A stretch of DNA of 64,000 nucleotides from an uncultured Bacilli bacterium (lineage in GTDB: Bacteria > Bacillota_I > Bacilli_A > RF39 > UBA660). The notes under the pieces were generated by a model. The model was not told where the DNA came from, made no database searches, and saw only the letters and a program-made list of their open reading frames with translations. Position 1 is the first letter of the stretch. Each line of letters begins with the position of its first letter. Location: NCBI GenBank assembly GCA_944359625.1, contig CALVSW010000005.1, positions 10,339 to 74,338 of the forward strand, given 5' to 3'. Of this stretch, positions 1-9,238 are shown piece after piece. A program made the position numbers and the translations under genes.

Positions 1-230
1 GTATTGCTAGTAAATATAAAGATTTAATTGATTTTGCTTTAATTATTAATTTACAAAAAATGAAGTGCTCTTTAAGAGGAATAAAAGATGATATCGATTT
101 AGGTAAAGTAGCACAAAGTTTTGCTCAAAATGGTGGCGGCCATAAAAAAGCAGCTGGCTTTTATATTAATGATGAATGTATTGATATAATTGAAAAGTTT
201 GTTGTAGAATATATTCGTAGTAAAAAATAA
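1..230 (+). CDS. DHH/DHHA1-family phosphoesterase, 3' fragment (5' end outside window)
   Basis: Frame from nt 3 reads ...CSLRGIKDDIDLGKVAQSFAQNGGGHKKAAGF...SKK* (stop at 228-230); SxR...GGGHxxAAG is the DHHA1 signature. Confidence 0.8.
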   Translation, partial: IASKYKDLIDFALIINLQKMKCSLRGIKDDIDLGKVAQSFAQNGGGHKKAAGFYINDECIDIIEKFVVEYIRSKK

Positions 231-284
231 GACAAAATATATTTTATATGATAAAATAAAATTGTGAGACAAAGGTGGTAAGAT

Positions 285-1070
285 ATGACAAAGATAATTG
301 CATTAGTTAATCAAAAGGGTGGTGTAGGTAAAACAACAACTAGTATTAATTTATCAGCTGCTTTAGGAAAAGAAGGTAAAAAAACACTTTTAATTGATTT
401 AGATCCGCAAGGTAATGCATCAACAGGTTTAGGATTAAATAATGGGGATATTAAACATGATATTTACGATGTTATGACTGGAGCATGTGAGGCAACTGAT
501 GCTATTATTAAAACAAAATTTAAAAATTTATCAATTATTCCAGCTACATTAAATTTAGCTGGAGTAGATGTAGAATTTGTTAAAGCTATGCTCGAAGATT
601 CTAATTTTCGTCAAAATGAACAGCTTAAGTTAAGTTTAGAACCATTAATGGATAAATATGATTATATTATAATTGATTGTCAACCATCTTTAGGTATAAC
701 TACTATGAATGCATTAGTAGCAGCTAATTCAGTTATTATTCCTGTTCAGTGTGAATTCTTTGCTCTTGAAGGTATAACCCAACTTTTAAATTCTATTATT
801 ATGGTTCAATCTAATATGAATCCTGGTCTTAGAATCGAAGGTGTTTTACTTACGATGTTAGATGGTAGAACTAATATTGGTTTAGAAGTAATTGAAGAAA
901 TTAGAGGATACTTTAAAAATAAAGTATTTAATACGATAATACCAAGATTAGTCAGATTAGTAGAAGCTCCTAGCCATGGTAAACCAATAAGTGACTATGA
1001 TCCTGAAAGTAGAGCAACATTAGCTTATCAGAATTTAGCTAAGGAGGTTATAAGTAGAAATGGAAACTAA
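285..1070 (+). CDS. soj: ParA/Soj chromosome partitioning ATPase
   Basis: NQKGGVGKTT deviant Walker A, DLDPQGNA, IPVQCEFFALEG, EAPSHG; overlaps parB. Confidence 0.95.
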   Translation: MTKIIALVNQKGGVGKTTTSINLSAALGKEGKKTLLIDLDPQGNASTGLGLNNGDIKHDIYDVMTGACEATDAIIKTKFKNLSIIPATLNLAGVDVEFVKAMLEDSNFRQNEQLKLSLEPLMDKYDYIIIDCQPSLGITTMNALVAANSVIIPVQCEFFALEGITQLLNSIIMVQSNMNPGLRIEGVLLTMLDGRTNIGLEVIEEIRGYFKNKVFNTIIPRLVRLVEAPSHGKPISDYDPESRATLAYQNLAKEVISRNGN

Positions 1071-1941
1071 GAGAAAAGCTTTAGGAAAAGGTTTAGAACA
1101 GTTATTTACAAATGAAAGAATAGATTTTGATAATTTTGAAAAAGGGTTAGTTGAAGAATCAAGACCTAATGAAATTAGAGAAATAAAACTAGATGAAATT
1201 AGAAGTAATCCATATCAACCCCGAAAAGTATTTGATGATGAATCTTTACAAGAACTTGCATCTTCGATAAAGGAACATGGTGTAGTTCAACCAGTAATAG
1301 TAAAAAAAAGTATAAAAGGATATGAATTAGTAGCAGGTGAAAGAAGAACAAGGGCTTGTCGTCTTGCAGGATTAAAAACAGTTCCAGCAGTTGTTAAAGA
1401 TTTTAATGATCAAGAAATGATGGAAATAGCTTTAATTGAAAATATTCAAAGAGAAAATTTAAATCCTATTGAGGAAGCCATGGCTTATGATGCTATTATT
1501 CATGGCTATAATTTGACTCAGGAAGATGTAGCTAAAAAATTTGGTAAAAGTAGAACTTATATAACTAATTTATTAGGATTATTAAAACTTCCTGAAGAAA
1601 CAAGAAGATTTGTTGAGGAAAAAAAATTATCTATGTCCCATGCCAGAGCTTTATCAAAATTAGAAGATAAAGATGAAATAAATCGTTTAGCAAGTAAGAT
1701 AGTTGATGAAGGATTAAATGTTAGAACAATTGAAAATATTGCTCGAGATATAAATAATCCTAAAAAATTAACATTGCCACATAAAGGTTTTAATAGTAAA
1801 TATAGTATATATGAAGATTTAATGCGAGAAAAAATTGGTACAAAGGTAAAGATTACAAATAAAAAAATTGAAATACCTTTTTCATCAACTAAGGAATTAG
1901 AAAAAATATTAGAAATTTTAAAAATAGAGGTAGATAATTAA
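1060..1941 (+). CDS. spo0J: ParB/Spo0J partitioning protein
   Basis: ALGKGL N-terminus, NPYQPRK, LVAGERRxRA, ALIENIQRENLNPIEEA, HTH region. Confidence 0.95.
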   Translation: METKRKALGKGLEQLFTNERIDFDNFEKGLVEESRPNEIREIKLDEIRSNPYQPRKVFDDESLQELASSIKEHGVVQPVIVKKSIKGYELVAGERRTRACRLAGLKTVPAVVKDFNDQEMMEIALIENIQRENLNPIEEAMAYDAIIHGYNLTQEDVAKKFGKSRTYITNLLGLLKLPEETRRFVEEKKLSMSHARALSKLEDKDEINRLASKIVDEGLNVRTIENIARDINNPKKLTLPHKGFNSKYSIYEDLMREKIGTKVKITNKKIEIPFSSTKELEKILEILKIEVDN

Positions 1942-1942
1942 G

Positions 1943-2755
1943 ATGAAAATTATTGAATGGATAATAGATGTTATAACTTTAAGACAAATATATGTACCTT
2001 TAGTATCTATAACTATAGGTATTTTATCTTATAAAATAATACGCAAGGCTTTAGCTAAATTTATTCACAAGGGAAAAAATAATTATGATACTAAAAAAAT
2101 TAAAACGATTATTGAATTAGTTTCTAATATTTGTAAATATATTTTAGTTATAATAGTAGGTGTTATTATATTAGAAGCTTATGGTATAGATACTGCTTCA
2201 ATTATAGCCGGATTAGGAGTTTTATCAGCTGTAATTGGTTTAGCTTTTCAAGATACTTTAAAAGATTTTATTAGTGGTGTTACAATAATATTAGAAAATT
2301 ATTATATTGTTGGCGATATTATAATTTATAAAGATTTTACTGGTGAAGTTATAGAACTAGGTTTAAAAAGTACAAAAATAAAAGATTGTACTGGTCAGGT
2401 TATGACAATTGCTAATCGAAACATAAACGAAATTATAAATATATCACAAAAAAAAGCGACAATTGTGTTAAAAGCTTTAACTGATTATCGTGAAGATATC
2501 GATAAAGTAGAAACTGTTATTAAAGGACTTATCCCCTTGTTAAATAAAATAAAATATGTTACAACTAATAGTGCTGTTTATTTAGGAATTGATGAAGTAA
2601 ATAGTAATAGTGTGACGTATTTACTTAATATTGAATGTTTACAGGATCAAAAATATCAAGTAAGACGTGATGCTATAAAAATAATTAAAACTGAATTTGA
2701 CAAAAACGGAATAAAAGTTCCTTATCAGCAAATAGAGGTGCGTAATGAAAAATAA
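1943..2755 (+). CDS. Small-conductance mechanosensitive channel (MscS family)
   Basis: GLAFQDTLKDFISG, VGDII, GEVIELGLKST, IANRNI motifs; 3 TM segments. Confidence 0.9.
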   Translation: MKIIEWIIDVITLRQIYVPLVSITIGILSYKIIRKALAKFIHKGKNNYDTKKIKTIIELVSNICKYILVIIVGVIILEAYGIDTASIIAGLGVLSAVIGLAFQDTLKDFISGVTIILENYYIVGDIIIYKDFTGEVIELGLKSTKIKDCTGQVMTIANRNINEIINISQKKATIVLKALTDYREDIDKVETVIKGLIPLLNKIKYVTTNSAVYLGIDEVNSNSVTYLLNIECLQDQKYQVRRDAIKIIKTEFDKNGIKVPYQQIEVRNEK

Positions 2756-2942
2756 TTATAAATTAGGAAGTCTTGTGGTCATGAAAAAGGCTCATCCTTG
2801 TGGAAGTAATGAATGGAAAATCATTAGAATGGGTGTAGATATTAAGATTAAATGTATTAAATGTGGTAGAGAAGTTATGCTTGATAGATTAGAATTTGAA
2901 AAGAAATTAAAAAAAGTTATAGGTGAAGCAGATGGAGAATAA
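2745..2942 (+). CDS. DUF951 (YyzM-like) small protein
   Basis: MKKAHPCGSNEW...IRMGVDIKIKCIKCGR; usual position upstream of ychF. Confidence 0.9.
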   Translation: MKNNYKLGSLVVMKKAHPCGSNEWKIIRMGVDIKIKCIKCGREVMLDRLEFEKKLKKVIGEADGE

Positions 2943-4464
2943 GAAAATACGCCTTAAACTAAATCCGGTAATGACTTTAGTAATTCTTATAGCATTAACT
3001 ATAGTATTAAGTGGTGTATTATCATTATTCGGATTAGAGGCTTCTTATAATGAAGTAAATGAAGTAACTAATACTTATGATAGTACATGGGTAGCAGTTG
3101 AATCTCTATTTAATTTAAGTGGTATTAAATATATTTTTGAATCAACTGTTTCGAACTTTGCAGCTTTTACACCATTATCTATGTTATTAATTATTTTAAT
3201 AGGTATTGGTATAATGGAAAAAAGTGGTTTCTTAAAAACATCATTTAATATATTAACTAGAAAAGCTCAAAAAAAGACAATTACCTTTATTATGGTGCTT
3301 GTTTGTATACTATTTTCAATAGCGGGTGATATTGGTTATGTAGTTATGATACCATTAAGTGCTTTAATTTTCTATCATGGTCGTCGTAATCCTCTTATTG
3401 GAATAGCAGCATCCTTTGCAGCTTTAAGTTGCGGTAGTGGATTAAGTTTATTTTTAACAAGTTTAGATTCTAGCTTATTGAAAGAAACAACTAATGCAGC
3501 CCATATTTTAGATGCTAATTATACGATATCAACGTGGGCCTTTATTGCCATAATGTTTGTATCTATAATAGCACTAGCAAGTATAATTACAGTAATTACT
3601 GAAAGAATAACAATGACTAAAGTTAATAAGTATGAATTTAAGGATGAAAAAAAGGATTTACGTTTAACTAAAAGAGAAATAAGAGGATTATTATTTTCAT
3701 TAACTATGGGTGGTTTATACTTGTTAATATTTATTTATAATATTATTCCTGGCTTACCTTTTAGTGGTAATTTATTAGATTATACTCAAGAATTATATAT
3801 AGATAAGTTATTTAGTCCTAATTCATTTTTCTCTCAAGGTTTTGTCTTTATTATAACCATTTTATTTGTTATCTTTGGTTTATTTTATGGTATTGGTGCT
3901 AAAACTATAAAAAATCATAATGATTTTTGTTCATTTTTAACTCATTCTTTAGATGGTATTGGTCGTCCAATATTATTAATATTTTTAGCTTCCGTTTTAA
4001 TAAATGTCTTTAAAAAAACTAATATTGGTATTGTATTATGTGCAATTGTAGCTAATTTAATAGATGGTAGTACTTTTACAGGAATTCCATTAATTATATT
4101 ATTGTTTATTGGAATAGCATTTGTTACATTGTTTTTACCTAATTCTTTAAATAGATGGACAATTTTAGCGGGTGCATGTGTGCCTAAATTGATGAGTAAT
4201 GGTGTTTCTCCAGAATTTTGTCAAATTATTTTAAGATTTGCTGAATGTGCATTTTATGGATTAACACCTATAATGGCTTATTACATAATATATCTTGCTT
4301 ATTTAGAAAAGTATAATCAAGATCAAGAACCTATATCATTATTTACAACATTTAAATATCAATTACCATATTCAATTGCTACTTTTATTTTACTATTAGT
4401 AATAATTATCTTATGGTATGTTATAGGTTTACCTTTAGGAATTGGTGCTATGCCTAATATTTAG
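2932..4464 (+). CDS. AbgT-family transporter
   Basis: About 11-12 TM segments; NFAAFTPL, GIGIMEKSG, GRRNPLIGIAASFA, GLPLGIG motifs; ATG at 2932 follows AGGTG RBS. Confidence 0.85.
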   Translation: MENKKIRLKLNPVMTLVILIALTIVLSGVLSLFGLEASYNEVNEVTNTYDSTWVAVESLFNLSGIKYIFESTVSNFAAFTPLSMLLIILIGIGIMEKSGFLKTSFNILTRKAQKKTITFIMVLVCILFSIAGDIGYVVMIPLSALIFYHGRRNPLIGIAASFAALSCGSGLSLFLTSLDSSLLKETTNAAHILDANYTISTWAFIAIMFVSIIALASIITVITERITMTKVNKYEFKDEKKDLRLTKREIRGLLFSLTMGGLYLLIFIYNIIPGLPFSGNLLDYTQELYIDKLFSPNSFFSQGFVFIITILFVIFGLFYGIGAKTIKNHNDFCSFLTHSLDGIGRPILLIFLASVLINVFKKTNIGIVLCAIVANLIDGSTFTGIPLIILLFIGIAFVTLFLPNSLNRWTILAGACVPKLMSNGVSPEFCQIILRFAECAFYGLTPIMAYYIIYLAYLEKYNQDQEPISLFTTFKYQLPYSIATFILLLVIIILWYVIGLPLGIGAMPNI

Positions 4465-4531
4465 GTATAGTTTTTTTATTGCTAAATAGTATATTTTCCT
4501 TTATAATATCATAGGAAATGAGAGTGATAAT

Positions 4532-5632
4532 ATGGCTTTAAAAGCAGGTATTGTAGGATTACCAAATGTTGGTAAATCAACTTTATTTAATGCAATAACT
4601 AAAAAACATATTTTAGCAGCAAACTATCCTTTTGCTACTATTGATCCTAATGTGGGAGTTGTAACAGTTCCGGATAGTAGGTTGGAGTTTTTAGAAGAAT
4701 TATACGTCCCAGAAAGAACTATTCCTACAACTTATGAATTTACAGATATAGCAGGATTAGTAAAGGGTGCTGCTACAGGTGAGGGCTTAGGTAATAAGTT
4801 TTTATCTCATATTAGAGAAACTGATGCTATTGTTGAAGTTGTAAGATGTTTTGATGATCCTGATGTTATTCATGTTGAAGGAAATTGTGATCCAATCCGT
4901 GATATTGAAATTATAAATGTAGAATTAATTTTAGCTGATTTAGAAATAATTGAAAATAGAATAAACAAAATTCAAAAGAAGGCTGAAACGACAAAAGATA
5001 AAGAATCTTTAAAAGAATTAGGAGTTTTAAAAAAATGCCAACAGGCTCTTTTAAATAATATTCCTTTAAGAAGAATTGAACTTGATGATGAGGAAAAGTT
5101 ATTAATAAAAAATTATAATTTTATTACTTTAAAACCTATTATTTACGTAGCAAATGTTTCTGAGGATGATGTAGTTATTGGTGAAAATAAATATACTAAA
5201 CTAGTAAAAGAGTATGCAAGTAAGGAAAATGCCTCAGTAGTTGTCATGTGTTGTAAAATGGAATCAGAATTAGCTGAATTAAATGATGATGACAAAAAGA
5301 ATTTTTTAGCCGAATTAGGAATTAATTATAGTGGATTAGATAAGTTAATATTTGCAACTTATGATTTATTAGGATTACAAACATTTTTTACAGTAGGTAA
5401 AGATGAGGTTAGAGCGTGGACCTTTAAAAAGGGAATGAAAGCCCCTGAATGTGCTGGGTTAATTCATAGTGATTTTCAAAGAGGTTTTATTAAAGCAGAG
5501 GTTACAAGCTTTAATGATTTAGCCGAATTAGGAAATGAAAAAAAAGTCCAAGAAGCTGGGAAAAAGCGCTTAGAAGGAAAAGATTACTTAATGCAAGATG
5601 GTGATATTGTTTTATTTAGATTTAATGTTTAA
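4532..5632 (+). CDS. ychF: Redox-regulated ATPase YchF
   Basis: GIVGLPNVGKSTLFN, ANYPFATIDPN, DIAGLVKGA, TGS C-terminus ending FRFNV. Confidence 0.97.
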   Translation: MALKAGIVGLPNVGKSTLFNAITKKHILAANYPFATIDPNVGVVTVPDSRLEFLEELYVPERTIPTTYEFTDIAGLVKGAATGEGLGNKFLSHIRETDAIVEVVRCFDDPDVIHVEGNCDPIRDIEIINVELILADLEIIENRINKIQKKAETTKDKESLKELGVLKKCQQALLNNIPLRRIELDDEEKLLIKNYNFITLKPIIYVANVSEDDVVIGENKYTKLVKEYASKENASVVVMCCKMESELAELNDDDKKNFLAELGINYSGLDKLIFATYDLLGLQTFFTVGKDEVRAWTFKKGMKAPECAGLIHSDFQRGFIKAEVTSFNDLAELGNEKKVQEAGKKRLEGKDYLMQDGDIVLFRFNV

Positions 5633-5749
5633 CCAAATTTTGGTTACATATTTATAGCACTTTTATTACAGAAATAATAGATAAAATTTACAAGTTTTAA
5701 AATAAGTTATATGTAATAATAATATATATAAACCAAAAGGAGGATTAAA

Positions 5750-5968
5750 ATGGAAAGTAGAGTTAAGTGGTTTAATAATGAAAAAGGATTTGGCTTTTTA
5801 GAGAATGGTAATAGTGAGGATATTTTTGTTCATTACTCACAAATAGTATGTGATGGTTATAAAACATTAAAAGAAGGAGAACGTGTAACTTTTAATTTAA
5901 TTGAGACACCAAAAGGATTACAAGCTAAAAATGTTGAGTCTATTCATGACTTAGTCAATAATAAATAA
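5750..5968 (+). CDS. Cold-shock protein (CspA family)
   Basis: VKWFNNEKGFGF (RNP1) and DIFVHYS (RNP2); AAGGAGG RBS. Confidence 0.95.
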   Translation: MESRVKWFNNEKGFGFLENGNSEDIFVHYSQIVCDGYKTLKEGERVTFNLIETPKGLQAKNVESIHDLVNNK

Positions 5969-5969
5969 T

Positions 5970-6131
5970 ATGAATAGTATAGAAAAAGAAAGAATTATTA
6001 AAGACTTACAGAATTTATCTAATTCCTTAATTGAAGATACTTTAATAAATATAAGTAAAGAGATAATTAATCTTTCTAACTATCAGACACTTTATATTGA
6101 AGAATTAAAAAGAAGAAAATATAGTAAATAA
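5970..6131 (+). CDS. Hypothetical 53-aa protein (below ORF-track cutoff)
   Basis: ATG 1 nt after the csp stop; MNSIEKERIIKDLQNL...ELKRRKYSK*; ends exactly at the terminator hairpin. Confidence 0.55.
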   Translation: MNSIEKERIIKDLQNLSNSLIEDTLINISKEIINLSNYQTLYIEELKRRKYSK

Positions 6132-6159
6132 AAAACTAAGTGCAATTACTTAGTTTTTT
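6131..6159. terminator. Bidirectional intrinsic terminator
   Basis: aaaaactaag-tgcaatta-cttagttttt inverted repeat between convergent small ORFs. Confidence 0.7.
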
Positions 6160-6277
6160 CGTCTTTATTATTTTTCTTTTTTAAATATTTTTTATTTATT
6201 AATTTTACCTTAACGCCTTTTTCTAATGCAAAGCATTTTTTTACTCCATCAGGTAAATTCTTCTTATATACTTTCAT
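6146..6277 (-). CDS. Hypothetical 43-aa lysine-rich protein (below ORF-track cutoff)
   Basis: GAGGTG RBS then ATG; MKVYKKNLPDGVKKCFALEKGVKVKLINKKYLKKKNNKDEKTK*; TGTTATAAT extended -10 just upstream on the minus strand. Confidence 0.6.
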   Translation of the reverse strand: MKVYKKNLPDGVKKCFALEKGVKVKLINKKYLKKKNNKDEKTK

Positions 6278-6362
6278 AGTTCACCTCACAATTAATCTTC
6301 GGTTATTATAACATAGTTTTATTTTGATTTAAATAAATTTTAAATCTTTTTAATAAAGTTAA

Positions 6363-6662
6363 TTAAATCTTTAAAACTTTAGCTTTAGTTTTAACACATA
6401 ATTTTTGACATATAGATTTAATTTCTTCATCTGTAAATAAGTATTCTTGTCTAAATAAAATGAATAATTTTAAGCCATTTTCGTTTAAAGGCTCATCTAT
6501 ATAATTAAGATTTAATAAAACTTTATTACAATAAGCTACATAATCTTCATTTAAGTCGCTTTCTAAAAAAGTAGATATAATCTTTTTATTTTCTTCTCTT
6601 CTTTTTCTATATTCTGATATTTTATCTTTAATAGCTAATAATTTGCTTTTTATTAATTTCAT
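6363..6662 (-). CDS. Hypothetical protein
   Basis: 99-aa ORF with AAGGAG RBS; no recognised motif. Confidence 0.65.
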   Translation of the reverse strand: MKLIKSKLLAIKDKISEYRKRREENKKIISTFLESDLNEDYVAYCNKVLLNLNYIDEPLNENGLKLFILFRQEYLFTDEEIKSICQKLCVKTKAKVLKI

Positions 6663-6740
6663 ATTTCTCCTTTACATGAAAAATATTTTATCATAGAGAA
6701 TTTTAATTGTAAATAAAGCTATGATTATTGTATAATAAAA

Positions 6741-7241
6741 TTGATGATAGGTATGGAAGATATAGTTATAGATGTAAGTATTAATAATAAAAATGACTTA
6801 TTTAATATGTATAATAATAAAATAATAAATCCTACTTTAGGAACATATTTATTTAATGAATTAAAAGGCAAACCAGTAGTAGCTCCCGTAACTATTAATA
6901 TTTATACAAGTATTATTTTTACAGATAATGATAAAATTAATATTATTAAAATGATAAAAAATAATTTTGACTTTATTGAGAATGAAGATTTAATTACACA
7001 AAGAGTTATTAATTATCGCAGTATTATTCTACTTTTGTTTGGAACAATTTTTATTTGGATATCTTACTATCTAGAATTTATTAATAATTATATGTTTAAA
7101 GAATTACCACTTATATTAGGATGGGTAGCAATATGGGAGGTAGCAGATTATTTATTTTTTGATCGTACAAAATCACGAATTGAAAGAAAGAGAATAAAGC
7201 AATTAAAAAATGCTAAAATATTGTTTAAGGAGATAAAATGA
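6741..7241 (+). CDS. Hypothetical membrane protein (2 TM)
   Basis: Two hydrophobic helices near the C-terminus with GWVAIWE motif. Confidence 0.7.
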   Translation: MMIGMEDIVIDVSINNKNDLFNMYNNKIINPTLGTYLFNELKGKPVVAPVTINIYTSIIFTDNDKINIIKMIKNNFDFIENEDLITQRVINYRSIILLLFGTIFIWISYYLEFINNYMFKELPLILGWVAIWEVADYLFFDRTKSRIERKRIKQLKNAKILFKEIK

Positions 7242-7573
7242 AAAAATACATATTAGATTATATGAAAGAGATAGAATCATTAATTAAGAATAAGAAAGTT
7301 AGTAAAAAAGATATAGATTTACTTTTAGTAAAAATTAAATTTTTTCAACACGAAAGATTAATTCATCTTTTAGTAACACTATTTTACGCTATATTTTGTT
7401 TAGTCTTTTTTGCTTTAGGTATGATAAGTCCTATCTTCTTTATAATTGATATTATTTTACTAATTTTTTTAATATTTTATATTTTACACTATTTCTTTTT
7501 AGAAAATAGTACGCAATATTTTTATAAATTGTATGATGAAATGATTGAATTAGAAAAGAAGAAAGGGATATAA
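7238..7573 (+). CDS. Conserved hypothetical membrane protein
   Basis: FFQHERLIHLLVT...HYFFLEN..Q..Y motif; 2 TM; ATGA-type overlap with upstream ORF. Confidence 0.75.
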   Translation: MKKYILDYMKEIESLIKNKKVSKKDIDLLLVKIKFFQHERLIHLLVTLFYAIFCLVFFALGMISPIFFIIDIILLIFLIFYILHYFFLENSTQYFYKLYDEMIELEKKKGI

Positions 7574-7576
7574 GAG

Positions 7577-8026
7577 ATGTATTATGTTAGAAAGATTATT
7601 ACCTATTTAGTTATAGTTTTATTACTATTAGATTTTATATTTATTTTAGTTTGTAATTTTAATATATTTGGCTGTTTAGCTATTAAAATTGATGATAATT
7701 CCTATTTACCAGATTTAAAAGCAAATGAAATAGCTATTTCGATTCCTCAAAAAAGTTATGAAGTAGGAGATGTTGTTATAATTTCTAATTTAGATGAATA
7801 TCATATTGAAAAAATAAAAGATATTAGTCGGAATATTGTAACTACAACAAGTATGGATGGAAAAGTTACTTATGATTTAAAAAATCTTGAAGATGTAGTA
7901 GGAAAAATAAAAATTAGAATAAATTTGTCTATGATAATAACCTTTATAACTACTTTATCGTTAGGAATATTATATTTAATTTTTGATTATTATTTATTAA
8001 GTAAAAAAGATTCTAAAGCAAATTAA
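7577..8026 (+). CDS. SipW/S26B signal peptidase I-like protein, degenerate active site
   Basis: TM-FG...NSYLP...YEVGDVV...VVGKI-TM layout matches SipW; the THR and KGD motifs are not conserved. Confidence 0.55.
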   Translation: MYYVRKIITYLVIVLLLLDFIFILVCNFNIFGCLAIKIDDNSYLPDLKANEIAISIPQKSYEVGDVVIISNLDEYHIEKIKDISRNIVTTTSMDGKVTYDLKNLEDVVGKIKIRINLSMIITFITTLSLGILYLIFDYYLLSKKDSKAN

Positions 8027-8649
8027 TGTTTAGAATCTTTTTTATTTTTTGAGACATCTTTAACAACTACAGCATCAATTATATTATCATTTTCTTTTGG
8101 TTTGATTTCTCTTACTTCTTTTTTACAGAATATATAACTAAATATTTCTAATATTGCATATATCATTAAGACTAATCCAATAGCTTGGAAAGCTAAATTT
8201 GCTTCTAATATTGTATATAAACCAGCTCCGATTAAAAGTATTGCAACAATTAATAAAACAATAAACTTTGTTTTTTGTTTTTTTAAATAAAGAACATTTA
8301 TCAAACGATTAACACCAATAAATAATATCCAACCACCAATTAAAAATCTTATTAAAGCTTCTATTACACTAGCTAAAGAAATAAACACCAGACCAATTAC
8401 TATTCCAATAATCCCGCTTATCATACCAATAGAAGATGTAGTATTATCCTTTTTTACTTCAATATAATTTTTTATACAATTAAAGACTCCAATTATAGCA
8501 ATAATACTTCCAATAACTCTAGATATAACTACAATCATTACATCAGGACTAGTAAACATTATAGCACCTAGAATAAAAAATATGATAGCACTAATTAAAT
8601 TTGAAGTGCTTGTGTAAGATTTTATTTCAATTCGCATACGTTCCTCCAC
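8023..8649 (-). CDS. HdeD/DUF308 membrane protein
   Basis: Six short Gly-containing TM helices in repeated pairs. Confidence 0.75.
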   Translation of the reverse strand: MEERMRIEIKSYTSTSNLISAIIFFILGAIMFTSPDVMIVVISRVIGSIIAIIGVFNCIKNYIEVKKDNTTSSIGMISGIIGIVIGLVFISLASVIEALIRFLIGGWILFIGVNRLINVLYLKKQKTKFIVLLIVAILLIGAGLYTILEANLAFQAIGLVLMIYAILEIFSYIFCKKEVREIKPKENDNIIDAVVVKDVSKNKKDSKH

Positions 8650-8721
8650 ATTTATAAATTATACTATATTTTTTTTAAGATTTCTATTATTATGTGTTAT
8701 AATTAAAATAGAGGTTTTTAT

Positions 8722-9144
8722 ATGAATAATGATAATTTAAATGATGAAAAGTTAGAATTTAACGATTATAGTCTTCCTAAAGTTAAAACTGAAGGAGATA
8801 TTCCTAAAAGAAATGTAACTTTTAGTTTTCAGTCTTTCAAGCAAACATTAAAAGAAGTGCATAAGTTTATTACGACTGCTAATACTAAAGAACTATTTAA
8901 ATTTATATTAGATTTAATACTTTTATTAGTTATAGTAATTTTAATTAGTTTGCCATTTACTCTTATTATTGAATTAGGTGGAAATTTTATTGGATTACTT
9001 AATAATGAGTATATATTTAATACATGGGAAGTTTTATTAAATACTTTATATACTATTACAGCACTTTATTATTATTGTGTAACTTTTAATAAAAGATTTT
9101 ATAATATAAATGAAAAATATTGTTCAAAGGAAAAAGAAAATTAA
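8722..9144 (+). CDS. Hypothetical membrane protein
   Basis: 140-aa ORF, GAGG RBS, TGTTATAAT promoter, 2 TM. Confidence 0.7.
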   Translation: MNNDNLNDEKLEFNDYSLPKVKTEGDIPKRNVTFSFQSFKQTLKEVHKFITTANTKELFKFILDLILLLVIVILISLPFTLIIELGGNFIGLLNNEYIFNTWEVLLNTLYTITALYYYCVTFNKRFYNINEKYCSKEKEN

Positions 9145-9145
9145 T

Positions 9146-9175
9146 AACTTTGGGTTTATCACTCAAAGTTTTTTC
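9146..9175 (+). terminator. Intrinsic terminator
   Basis: aactttggg-tttatc-actcaaagtt followed by a T run. Confidence 0.6.
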
Positions 9176-9238
9176 TTGTAATTTATTAATATTTGTAGTA
9201 ATATCTTAAAAGAATTTACAAGAAAGTGGGTTTTTGTT

